A DNA stretch of 62,693 bases, the filler included, from Sphacelaria rigidula (Eukaryota), in NCBI GenBank assembly GCA_964200075.2. It is 6 parts of 6 records of this genome, joined end to end, with 100 filler letters (N's around TTAATTAATTAA, not from the genome) between each part and the next. Parts side by side here need not be neighbours in the genome. Positions count along the whole stretch, not along the records: positions 1 to 10,366 come from CAXNAA020006641.1; positions 10,467 to 20,832 come from CAXNAA020006642.1; 4 more parts are not named here. One strand, written 5' to 3'. A model generated the notes under the pieces. That model saw nothing but the letters and a program-made list of their open reading frames with translations. It was not told where the DNA came from and did no database searches. Below, in pieces: positions 1 to 12,165 of this stretch (its first letter is position 1; every line of letters begins with the position of its first letter). The translations under genes were made by a program, and so were the position numbers.

Positions 1-68
1 AACATCATGGCACTTTTGGCACATTCTGTCATCTTCTTGACCATTCTCCACATCTTTCCTCTGATCCC
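1..68 (-). mobile_element. LINE (non-LTR retrotransposon) reverse-transcriptase fragment, cut by the scaffold start
   Basis: Minus strand reads GIRGKMWRMVKKMTECAKSAMM(L), the RT segment just upstream of the QG motif in LINE ORF2 proteins as I recall them from brown algae. Confidence 0.75.
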
Positions 69-1458
69 AGCTGTCTCGTGGTGGGGGGGGGTTGATGAAG
101 AAAGTCACAGTAGGGCTCGCGCGATCAGTAAAAACACGTGAGGCTTCGTCAAATGTTCAAGTTAATGCCTTTGACAGCGACTCGCCCTAACTCGCCCTCG
201 GCTCGACTTCGGCACTTTTGTACTTCTTTGAAGCGACATATTACTAAGGCGCCTTTTTACGTAAACGGGTGCATGTCGAGCATTTATACCGATGCTATTC
301 ATATTTTCACTGAGCCGTTTTCCCGGTACTTGATCTTAGTGTTTGAAATCTGGGACACGCTGGCTACCCTTAACACTACTGCTGTCATATAAGCAGACGA
401 ACCTCTGTGCATATGCTCTGGCAGTCTTGGTACTTTCGGGGGAGTGCTGGCACACCTCGAGCATGTTTCGATGTCGCTTTTCATGTCAAATGATCTCCAA
501 GTGTTCTCGACTGTGTTGCTGCTGCATGGTAGATAGCCAACTTTTATCATCAGCGGCTAGACACATCCGCACAAAGCAATCAGTTTGCCATCGCTCGACT
601 GCACACAGCCTATCGTTTGCCTACCTCCGCTTTTTTTCCCTTCCCACCTCTAACCCTTCCCTCCCCTCCCTCTGGACGAGCGAGTCCGTGGTCTCCAGAT
701 ATCAATCCACCTCTCCTCTGGTACACGCCATACTCAATTTGGTGAGTGCTCTACAACACCAATGTGCGGCTATCGTGACAGCAAGCGTGTGCTTTTCATT
801 TGTTGAGTGATCGTTGCAGGAAAGGCCGGGTGCAGCTCGACCCCCCACGTCGGTAATATTGAGTGGTTTACACGGGGAGCATGATGGATCATTCCACCAA
901 CCAAAACTTGAGACAAACGGTGACTTCCAATCCCGTCAAGCTTGTTGCCAGACCTGAAAATATCCCTGGGACACGCGCAGTTGATCTGGGAAGCTTTCTC
1001 CGACAATTTGGGATTCCGCATCCCCCCCATCCCGCTTTCGATAAGGGCCACTGATGCACATGATAACTCCTGAACTGTCAGCGAGAGATACTGTCCCGAG
1101 AAGAAGCTGACGCTGAAAAGGGTTTCAAAAACCACACGTGAACAGTCAATCTGCTTACTATGCTTTGCGCGGCCCTTCTCTGTCGGCAACGCAAAACACA
1201 TTCCACATGTTGCCCACACATTCATCTGTACCAATGTATATCACAACGTACTGGCAGCATCCCTCCCCCTTTTCTCCTCTAGCTCGCGAATGCAGTAGAT
1301 GATGATCAACCTGCGTGGAGGTAATTTTTCACTCGACACCAATTAGCCATCACTCTTCTCCTCCTGGAGGCCGCCAACTAATTTCTTTGCGGCATCCCAC
1401 GTCTTTTCCTTACCCGTCACCTCACCTCTACCTTTACACCTGTCCCCTTCACGATTCG

Positions 1459-1509
1459 TTTTGTTCGGCAATCCCTCGCTCAACAGGCCTTCCTGCCAAA
1501 CTTCTCGCA
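1459..1509 (-). pseudogene. Possible decayed gag zinc knuckle of a retroelement
   Basis: Minus strand reads CEKFGRKAC*ARDCRTK. The spacing fits CX2CX4HX4C, with two ligands substituted and an internal stop. Confidence 0.25.
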
Positions 1510-4248
1510 CGCGGTTCCCGAGATCGCCCTGCGCGATTTGCGTAGAGCTTTCCACAAAAACACGGCGCAACAGCAGCAAGCCGACGACAAATCGTGGAAG
1601 GTGGCCAGCCCGCCCCGAGGCGCCGCAGACAAACGGACATCGCCCGAGCCGGAACCTACCCGTTCTTCTCCCTCTCCTTTGCGTCTAGGATTGCAGCCGG
1701 GGTTGTTGGGGTCGCCACCGCCGTCACCAACGTCCGATGTTGTTGACCCGAGTTATGCTTGGATGGGACGGGACGGAACAGAATTTGATTGTGGAAGGAT
1801 CAGCGGGAGGACGACCGGAGAGTGTATGGTGAGGCTTTGGTACTCGCGTGCTTTGTGCTTTTAAGGATGTTGTGTTCGTGTGTGTGTGTGTTATCTGTTG
1901 AGTGCTGCTTATCTCGGTGTACATGTCCCTGTGTGTTTTCAGGCGTGTACGTTGCGTGCCCATTATTTCTTGAAGGTTTTTGTGCTTTTGTGCGTATGCG
2001 TTTGTCGTGCTTCTTTTCTGGATGGGATTGGAACGGTGTCTCTTTTATATCTATGGCGGGGTACTCAGCGAGTGTTCCAGTTTTGTTTTTGTTGGGTACG
2101 TCTATCATGACACCACGGCTGTACCCCTGGGGGGTCAGTTCAAGTGCGACAATCAATAAAAAAAGCAACACATGAGGGTGGTGTCGGGCAAGGCGTGGGA
2201 CTGTTTTTGACGAGTTTGTACTATTTTGAGTTTGACGTTGTTTAGTTTTGTGCTTTTGTCGCGCAGGGATTGTGCTTATGTGGGCTCTTACTGGCTGAAT
2301 GACCAGTTGACCTCTTGGTATCTTTAACGTGGTGGTGGCCAAGAGAAAAGGAGGACGCCGTTGTCTCGAGGCGTCGTTTTGTTATATGCCGTGCGCACAC
2401 ACACACCGGTATCTGTCGCATCCAACTCACGCATGGTTTTATTTTTTTCCTGATGTACTGGCAAAATAATATCATTTTTCTAAAAAGGTCCGTGTTTCGT
2501 ATCTTGGGCCCAAAAAAACGTTTTTTGTGGTTGCCCTGAAACTGAGCGGGGGTCCTACGCTGGTGTTATTAGTGAATTTCGGAAAATGACGGAGCCTAGG
2601 GTTCAGGCGAAGATTTGGAACTGGGATTCGCGATGACCTGAGTCCAACATCTGGTCAAGAGATTGGGAAACGATGGGGTGACACACGGACGTACCGAACA
2701 TGATGTGATCCTAACTATGTCGCGCTGACTGTGCATGTGCCCGCGGAAAGAGATCCTGTGCACACATACGACGCAGTCATATCCGTTACTTTTTCGCGAT
2801 ATTGGAACCGCTGTTGCTGCGAAGAATCTGCGATGTTGGAACCGCGGCGGCGAGCTCGTTTTGATTGTATGAATCCTTCCACCTAAAGAGCAGCTGATGT
2901 TGTCCATGGTCGAGAGAGGGGTACAGAGCTCGGCGCTGGATATTCTGTTGCTGTACTGCGTTGTACTGTCCTGTACGGTTTTGATATTGGATACGCGGCT
3001 GGTTTCGTTCCACAAATATATCAGTAGATCTGAACGTCAATTTTTGCAACGGCGGTCGCTACCCTATTCCGGGCACCCTCACTCAACGCTCTGTCCCAAG
3101 CCGCATACGCATACGACAACATCTGGTACCCGCGGGGAAAGTTGTGGTGAACTGGATGGGTATCGCGTGCAGCCAAGCGTTATACGACTTTACACTGTCC
3201 CGTATGTTGCGCATCAGGAAACGAGTTGAAGACTGCCCAGACAAACGTCGCGAGGCTCGTTCTTTACACGCAGCACGCTGTGTACTGCACAACACCGCAA
3301 TTTCACAGGCAGTCAGTCGTACGTGGTAGTATCAACAATGCTATTACAGGATGATACGGTGCTTTATTGCAGCAATCGCTATCATGAGTGAGCACAACTC
3401 ATGATACGGCTCCAGCTCGACATCGCCACCCCACCGGAAAGTGGCTGTGGATGAAGCCGTTCCAGAGTCTTTCGGCAAAGCCGCGCGGCGGTTGTTGGCT
3501 TGAATCCTAGCAGAAAGTGGTTGCGTGAAGCTCCTATGTTCTTTCGGGTCGCTGTTTATTCAGTATTTGAAGTCCTAGACGCACCAAAATGGAATCGATT
3601 CCGTTTCTTGGAGAAATCATCATTTTGAGCGGTAGCAGAAAATACTTTCGTGGATGCCTCTCATGGTTGGACTTTATAACCGTCATTCTAGAACACGTGT
3701 TGTTCGAGCAGAGAGCCTGTTTCATGCGTCAGCTCAGGGCTTTCAAGCTCTATCCATTTCAGTGTGATGGGCAGACGTAGGTCCGAAGGAAAGGTTTCAG
3801 TGTGTCAGTGTTTCTAGGGTTGGACACTAACTGTGTGAGGAATCAGTTCGACATTTATGAGGAATGAGGAGACGCGTGTGGCGTCCTCATCAGGCAAGTG
3901 CACGTCGATTTTTTGTTGTTAGGCTAGCTCAGGCCGGTGCCGACATGCTATCAACACGTCAGCTCTTTTTTCTGTTGCGGGAATGGCGCTCTTGTACACT
4001 CTGTGGGCAAAACAACAATTGCTAGACACCGTTGTTGACTTGCCGTAAAAACGTCCAGTAAAATGCTCGGCTGGTGACGAGCCTGTCAATACTTGGAACC
4101 AATGAAGAGAAGCTCGCCTTCGCGCCCCAAAGACAGAAATTGGGAGAGGGTTAAAAATGCGATAAACAAGACACCTTATTGTTGTTTTCAACAGTATATA
4201 CTATAGTGTTTATTGCCCTTGATTTTGTTTTCTTGATTTTTTTAACAG

Positions 4249-7200
4249 GCGTACGAAGGGGACAGCTTTCGTGCGGAAGGGGTATTGTGCCATTCCCCGG
4301 CCACGCGATTTGGCGCTCGCGATGGAGGCAACTGTGAAGGAGGAGGCTCTCGATATTTTTCATCGTTACCGTCGCCACAGTTTTCTACCGCCAGCGCCCC
4401 CCGCCTCGTCGATAGGGGAAGAAACTTGGACGCTGACTTGTCGCCGCCGCGCGCGAGTCATGATCACGGCGAGATGGCAGTAACCGAGATTTCTGCGCGC
4501 GGTTATGGTGGCGGTGACGGCGGTTGGAACGATATCGGCCGAACGGGGTCACCGCCGCCGCCCAGCTGTTTCTCTTCTCGCTACTTGGATGCGTACCACG
4601 GTGACCAGGTACGCCACGACTCTTACTGCGAGGGTGATGGTGGTGGTTATGATTACCATGCTAGTCTTCACGATGGTGATGACGACGATGGTCGTAATAT
4701 TCCGCTAACACGGCGACTTGCATTGGACAGTCGAATTTTTGCGTCAAGCAAGAGCGAACGGCAACCACACGCGCAGGACGATGTCGAGCGAATGCGACAC
4801 GATGATCACGTTCTCCCAGGGGGCGAATCTTTTGGAATCGCTGAAAGCGGAAGCGGAGAGGGGAGATTCAGGCACGATTTTACTAGGTCCGCAGACTACC
4901 ACAACGCAAACCTAGGCGATCTTGTCGATGATGGCTACGCCACTCAGCGTGCGTTCTCCGGCCACAATCATAGGGGCGGTCAAAATCGATATTACGATGG
5001 ACGCCGGAGTCCGGACAGGTGGACGGTGGCAATGACCGGGTGCGGCGATGACGTAGCCGGCGTGCCATACGGTGCTGAGGGAGGGGGAGAACAAGCACGA
5101 GGTGTTTCTACATTCGATGGTTACTCTAGTGACACTGCCGCTGCAGAGCAGCCTCACGACGACCCAGTGTCGCAGGCCTACTTCAAAGGTGAAGACGTAG
5201 CGCCCTTCATCTCGACGATAGCGGCTGCGCCAATTTCACATCGTGAGGAGCGTCCAACTTCTCCATCACTGCCTCATGGGTCTAGGTTCAGTTCCATGCG
5301 TGATAGAGATCGTGGCGTCCGCCGCCCGAACGTATACACCGCCCGCCGCGCACCCCGCGGGAGCGGGGAGTGGCGAGAGCCCAGCGGCGGCGGCAGTGGC
5401 GGTCGCTCCCGTCCCACGATCGCATGTGGTGTTGCCCCCGCGAAAGGGCAGTGGTTACGGCGCGTCCCCGGTTTGGCCACGGATGGCCATGACGTCGGTA
5501 TACATGAACGATCCCAGAAGACGACCGCTGATGATTCGATGGAAGTGCAAGGCGTGAACGAGCGTAGCCTGTCCCGATTGTTCGAGTATGCATTTGCGGA
5601 CGGGATGAACCAACAAACACAAGGCCGGCAGCGGCACGGCGAGCTATCTGGAAACGGCGGCAGCGACAGCGACAACAGGAGAGGTGAAGGACATGAGGGG
5701 GCAAGTGGCGGGGACGCCGGCTTCAGTGGGGGCAGCGTTTGTGGACGGGGTTATGGGGCCGAGGACGTATTCCCTGCTGGCACGTTGACGGAACGACTTG
5801 GAACAGCTGGTGGCGGCGGCGGCGGCGGTGGTGTTTCCGACCAAAGTGCTCTTAGCTCGCGTGGGGTACTGTCAGCAGCGTTGTTATCCTCGGAAGGTGC
5901 AATCCGCTGTGACGGCTCGAGCACGCCCACGCGACGGCGTCAAGTTGGAGTGAGTGCGACGGTGCGGCGCCCGCCCAGCCCCCAATTTGTTTTTTTCTCC
6001 GGGAAGACGGAGGCCGAGCGTGAGTCGCCGCGATTTCGTGACGAGAGCAGCCGCGAACGACGGCAACCTCCGCTTGTGCGACGGGATGCACAGCAACGAG
6101 GTTTGGAAGTTGATGTTGACGACCTGTGGGATGCAACGGACGAAACACGGGAGAGAAGTAGGGAAACGGCGGCACACCAGCCCCAATTCAGCAAGATCAG
6201 CTCTGCCACTGGCAATCCATTACTACCGTCAGAGCAGGAGCCTAGTGGCGACGTGTGCGCGCTGTTACACGACGCAGATAATCTCCCGGGTGTATTCGTC
6301 GATGGTAGACGGCAGAGGATGGCGATGGGTGATGACAAAGATGATGGCACTGGTGATGATCGCCTGCCTTCGGCAGCGCCAAAAGTGGGGCAGACAGAGG
6401 CGTCGGCGGCGTCAAAACACCAGTCGGTTCGAGTAGCACCGGTAACATCAGCAGCAAGGAGAGACGGCGATGAAGACGCCTCGCGCCGCGACTCTACTCT
6501 TCCGTGCGCACCGCGCACGTTCTCATCCTCCGGCAAGCACGCTCTTCTGACTCGCACGATTTCTAAGGAATTTTCATCTGGTACCGCAAGCCCGTCATCT
6601 TCGCCTTTGTCTAGCTCATATTCGTCACCGCCGCCACAGTCTACGCGGCAGTTATCGCCTGGCCGTAGACAAGGACTAGTACGGTCCAGGTCTCCTGCCC
6701 TGGAATTGAACCCCGGCAGTCTCCAAGGCGCCGGCGGTGGCGGGAGCAGTAGCAGCAGTAGCAGCAGTGGCAGCGATTACAACGATAATGACACGGTAGC
6801 ACAGCGGCCGCCGCCGCCGTCGCTCCCTCCACCGCGGCGTCCGTCGCGGGATGACTGTCATGTGCCCGAAGGTGGGATATGTAACCTTGCGCCGGGTACT
6901 GAGGAAAATGTGGTGGGTCGGAGAGGGGAGGACGCTGGGGCGCGCGAAGGGATGATTTCGGGAGATGATTGGCTATCTGGGTCGTTGCAAAGCCGGCATC
7001 GGGGCGGGCAAGGTTCGCGGAACGATAGGGTGTCGGTCGGGAGTGGGCGAGGTAGTATGGGTGATGGCGCACAAGAAGAGGTTTGGGATATTGCAACCGG
7101 TCGTAGCGGCGAGGGTGATGTTGTTGACAACGAGTCGGTTACGGCCTGTGCTGTTGAAGGTGACACTGGATCATCTTCAACCATAAAGGACGCTGTTTCG

Positions 7201-8102
7201 GCTGGCGCCGGCGCCGGTCGTATGGCTGACGAGGCGGAAGCGGCGGCAGGAGATGAAGGAGAAGGACCGGAGAACAGCAGGGACATCGCCGAAAAGAGTG
7301 GCGGACGTGAGCATTTTAAGAGACGGGGTGAGGACAACGATGGAGAAAGTGGGGGTGGAAGTAGATTGATATCGGGTTGTGAGCAGGCTGCTGCTGGCGT
7401 TGGAGATAGCTGTGATGGTGATGGTGATGGTGATGGTGATGGTGATGGTGATGGTGATGGTGATGGTGATGGTGATGGTGATGGTGATGGTGATGGTGAT
7501 GATGATGGTGGTGCAGTCATTAATATGAAGGATCATATTTTGCCCCGCATTTTGCAACCACAAACAGGGAAGGAAAAATGTGTGCGTGATACGGTGAGCT
7601 CCGAAGATATTGCGGGACAACGTGATGCGGTCCGTAGCAGCTATGAAGATCGCAGTAGTCAGCCACCACTGGAAAGCGAGGATGGAACTGGTGCTCTGCC
7701 GAAGGAGCCAGCCGGTGCGCCGAAATTCAACGCTGACATTGACGCTAATGCTGACGCTAACGCTCTTTCACTGCAGCCGTCAGCGCTATCTGAAACCGCC
7801 ACAGGCGGCCGCGGCAGCCACGGTGATGGTAACGGAAGCTCCACCAGAGGAAGAACGAATATCAAAGCAAGAGGGGGAGAGCCGGGTAGTGGTAGTGTAC
7901 CCAGCGACGTGAACGATGGCGGGCTCGTACGTCGAGCGATGAATAACCTTGAGCGCACGACCGACGTTGCCTTGGCTTACGATCTTGATGATATCGGTGG
8001 CGATGGCCTCGGATCGATGACCGCGGATCTCGGTGAGGATCAGTCGCCAGACATCGGCGATGCGGTGCTCGAAGCATTTTTGCCGGCAGATACGTGCGAC
8101 AG
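4249..8102 (+). CDS. Very large internal exon of a hypothetical low-complexity (G/S/D/R-rich, likely disordered) protein
   Basis: 1326-codon ORF 4285..8265. A T-rich acceptor (tttttaacag|GCG at 4249) is in frame with the ORF, and a likely donor AG|gtacga lies at 8103. No recognisable domain; flanking exons not identified. Confidence 0.7.
7414..7500 (+). repeat. (GATGGT)n coding microsatellite encoding a (DG)n tract
   Basis: About 14.5 perfect hexamer units within the large exon. Confidence 0.95.
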
Positions 8103-9864
8103 GTACGAGTGGGTGGTCGTTGTCGGAATCCAAGAAACGCTGAACGTCTCCCGTACCCATAGCTCCTGTTATCAAGCACGACATAATGCAGGTGCGCAAG
8201 GTCGCCGCGACATGTGGAGAACTGTTGAATGGACCGGCCGAAACAGTGATGATGTTCCTAGGTAGTTCATCTCACAATAACCACTGCATCAACGAATCAG
8301 TCACCGTTGAGGGACCCCATGTCCTCCGAGCCGTGTGTAAAGCCGGGATACGCAGTGGCATCGGTACCCTGAAGGCAAGTAATCTATCCAAGGAACGCAG
8401 ACAAACCATGGGATTGAAGCCCTCGTAAGTGTGTCCTTTTCTACGCGCATGATTTTTGCCGGAGTTGAGTCGCCGTGGTCCACTTACTTGAACGTAAGTC
8501 TTTGCGGTCTGTACTCCTTTCCCCCCTGTAGGGTTTTTATGGTTTTAGCTATACAACAGTATCACCGACCTTCGAATTGGCTTATCTACACCAAGCTTCG
8601 TGACGAAGCTGGAAAGGCGACCTTGTTGGGGTATGTTCGTCGTATTTCTTTTCGCACGTCTGCTTGATACCTCTACCACGCCTGCCAAAGCATAAACTCT
8701 ACGTCGTTTTCTCTCTAATATATGAAGTGTACCCCCTTCCTCAATCGCCGCTTGCCCTCCCTACCTTTTCAAAAAAATGAGTTGTGTTCGAATCTAATTT
8801 GTTGATGTCATTCATAACTCGAAGTTCTGTCGGTCTTTGATCATATAACGCACTTGCTCGCACACAACTTGTTCCACATCTTCAAGGCTTCTCACACGAC
8901 CGGCGTTACCCCCTTTTTTCACGTGTCCATAGTCGTGAACCGGTAAAGCGATGGTAATGTGACATTTCAACGTTGCCACAAGAGTTCAAAGGTGGTCATG
9001 GATACGTCTGCGGTCAAGTGTTTCAAGTTGAACATATTTTGAAACTCATCAAGTGTCCAAACATTTCAGATAGCCCATGAGATATTATGCAACACATTGG
9101 TCGAAGTGGACTTGGGCGGGGGATACGTAGTGGCGCAGAGAACGAGAAAGCGACCGCCCGCGAGTGGTGGCATTTACGGTAGCACTGGGGGTGATAACTA
9201 CCGCCTTTGCCTTTAAGTTTAACGTACGTTCATGACGTTGCCCTTGGATCCTATGGAGGCGTTTTTTGATTTTTCAAACTGTAGACGAACTTTAAAACGA
9301 ACAAACTTCGCCCAACCGGGAATATAATCAACGCGTCCCTCTCTCAAACATGGTCACACAGGGTGTTAGCTACCGTGTCGACCTGTTGCACACCGATTGG
9401 CGATAGAACTCAACACACGAAGGTATCGCGAGAACGTGGAAGCCATTCCCTCAGTATGCATGACTACTCCTCTCGCCCCACCCGGGGATATAATCGTTTC
9501 GTTCCCTCCCTGAACACGATGAGGGTGTCATCTACCGTTTATGACTGTTCTGTAGGGATTTAAGTACGAGTAGCGATAACCCTGAACATGTAGGGGGCAT
9601 CGTGAGAGCGTGCGTATCCTAACCTACCAGTTGATGAAGTCTCCCCTCCCCGGGGAGCAAGTAAGCGCATCTCCTCCGCAAATATCCCTAGCGAGACGGG
9701 GGTTTCATCCGGCTTATTAACCATTTGCGGCCGGACAGCAATTAATATGAAAACGTGGTACGTACCATAACAGCCTATGCCCTAGTTTAAATGGTGATGA
9801 CTTCTGTTCCCACGAAGAGGATGGTGTACATGCGGGGGACGAGATCGTTCCATCCCTCCCCCAA

Positions 9865-9916
9865 GAGCCTGGTTCGGCGAGAAGCCTGCGTGCTCCGTCC
9901 CGGCTTTGTAGGGATG
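9865..9916 (+). repeat. Short copy of dispersed repeat R1 (LINE-3'-related)
   Basis: gagcctggttcggcgagaagcctgcgtgctccgtcccggctttgtagggatg matches the other R1 copies. Confidence 0.75.
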
Positions 9917-10179
9917 GATCCCCTCATGGGGTTGGCGTCGGTTGGCGACGACACTGTGAAACACGCCATTCGTTGCGTAAGCTAGGGAAAGCAGGTTGGC
10001 GATTTTGTTTTGCGCGCTGTCCTTTTTTATTTGCGGTAACCATGATGGTGGTCGAGCTAGATCATATTGGGGTGGAACAACCTCAACTCCGCGCAAAGGA
10101 GATGCCCGTAATACATGGTGTTTGAATGGTGGGACCCCATGAGGCAGCGTACAAACCGTGGCTATCTCTGGAAGTGGTG

Positions 10180-10366
10180 ATACCAGAAAATGAAGCAACT
10201 CATTGTAGGCTGTCTTCCAAATGCAAGATAATCAAAACGCTTCGGGAAAACAATCTTAGCAGGATGCAGCTCACCCTGCATGCGACTCGCCGAGCGTGAT
10301 TGATTGCGAGCCTGGTCCGGCGAAAACCCGGCGTGCTCGGTTCCGGCTTTGTAGGGATGCGAGGTC
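10180..10366 (+). mobile_element. Dispersed repeat R1 (SINE-like or truncated LINE 3' end), cut by the scaffold end
   Basis: Aligns with 38671-38912, 31499-31630 and 57902-58004 (core gagcctggtccggcgaaaacccggcgtgctc). May extend upstream to about 10040. Confidence 0.8.
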
Positions 10367-10466
10367 NNNNNNNNNNNNNNNNNNNNNNNNNNNNNNNNNN
10401 NNNNNNNNNNTTAATTAATTAANNNNNNNNNNNNNNNNNNNNNNNNNNNNNNNNNNNNNNNNNNNN
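10367..10466. other. Artificial scaffold linker N44-TTAATTAATTAA-N44
   Basis: 100-bp spacer with stop codons in all six frames; five identical copies in the window. Confidence 0.98.
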
Positions 10467-12000
10467 ACCCACATACACCGAAAGGTGTAGACTGGTGCCC
10501 AGAATAAATGGCACGACAACACAACAACAACAACAACACCGGGTGGAATCGAGCCGGACTGGGATGAGAAGGTAGCTTCAGATACATACTACAGCCGCGT
10601 ATCACTTTAGTTGCTCTATTATCTTCTGTACACTTCTTAGACTCCGCCGCGTCTTCATTTTGGGGGTGGTGGTGGGAAACGTGACACTAACCCCCGGCGA
10701 AACACTGAGTTGCTTTATTTTCTGATATCGCCGCTTCCAGAGACAGCCATGGCTTACACACTGCCTGATGGGTGCCATGGGTTGGGGCTCTCTGGGTAGA
10801 GACAGCTATAATGCTTGTGGTCGATAACATGGTTGTGTCATTGGTTCCCGGTGTATGGGGTTTCAGAGTGGCCATCTGGCGATGCCAATGAGGGTGAAAC
10901 CGTTGCGAGTAGACCCGAAAAGTGCGGAAAATTCGGCGCTCATACCGTCATGCCAACCAGGGAAAGCGTGCGGCTTCGCTATGTCAGACAAGAAATCGTG
11001 CTCGCTTTCTTTACCCCCTTGGCATATTAGACGCTGCCATGTTGACTCCTACGGCCCCCTGTTTCCAAGGCAGAAAAAGAAAGAGTTGAGAACTACCCAG
11101 TTTCACTGATCAGTTTCGGCGAACTAGCATGGCTGGACAACATTTCCACAACGCAATCAGGTCCTAGCTGCTTTCCTCGAAATATATGCCATACTCCCCG
11201 ATGCATTATTTGTGCATACTGGTCATGCTCCAACGTGTAACTTCAATTTCTTGCACACGAACACGCTTGATATGTGCTTGGATTGTGCATGTGACACAGT
11301 ACACACACCCACGTACATACATATCACGGTCGTTCACGCGCTTTTCGCTGAATTCACACAAGGTTCATGGAATTCCCCGTTTTCCCCGGATGTGTACACC
11401 ACAAGTGTGTGCTTGAAGTGCCTCTCCGCCTATCGGCGAGATTCCAACCAGGATGTTCTGGAGATATGAAACCGAATGACATTTGTTTTGACGGGGCTTC
11501 CCCACCGGCCAGACGGGGCTCCGCCGCCGCTGGCACCTGCGTGAACTATGCATCGTAAACGGATAACTGTAACGGTAAAAAAATGTGCCAGAAAACACGT
11601 TATTTGAGCCATAACGGCAATAAAATAACTCAACTGACGTGATAGACAAATAGTTTGAGCTCTTGGCTCTTCAGTATCGTATCCAACTCGGCATAGCCTT
11701 GAAGACGAACCCTCAGAACGACAAATTGGCCGCCTGAAAGATAGCCATCCTCTTTGATGTGTCATGGTATTCACACGTCGGACGGATCACTTTCTATAGG
11801 ATCCGGGTCATACAGCTCAAGTGTGAACACACATGTGTACCCGATTCGGGTGATGCAGTTCAACTAGGTATGGGACGGTCCTCGTGGTCCGGATCTCATC
11901 GATCAAGAGGGAGGTATCTTGTACGGATTATAAGGATACACAGTTTCTCCTTGACGTTTCGTGTACACCTGATTCAGAATACATGTGTGCCCCAGGAGAT

Positions 12001-12165
12001 CATGTACGGATCGCACGGGTCGTACAGATCATCATCAGACAGACATGCGCGGATTGCACGGGTCATACAGATCATCATCAGACAGACATGTACGGATCAC
12101 ACGGGTCATATAGATCATCAGACAGACATGTACGGATCGCACGGGTCATACAGGTCATTCATCAC
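12001..12165 (+). repeat. Minisatellite, ~40-43-bp unit (catgtacggatcgcacgggtcatacagatcatcatcagacaga), about 4 copies
   Basis: Directly visible tandem units; degenerate relatives spread over about 11780-12960. Confidence 0.9.

Noticed and set aside
2785..2883. Minus-strand candidate exon (VEGFIQSKRARRRG...)
   Set aside because: Plausible splice dinucleotides only; no partner exon or recognisable homology.
10411..10422. TTAATTAATTAA palindrome recurring every ~10.4 kb
   Set aside because: Always centred in N44 blocks; an assembly linker, not a biological motif.
12001..12165. CRISPR-like array
   Set aside because: Units are directly adjacent with no unique spacers, there are no cas genes, and the context is eukaryotic.
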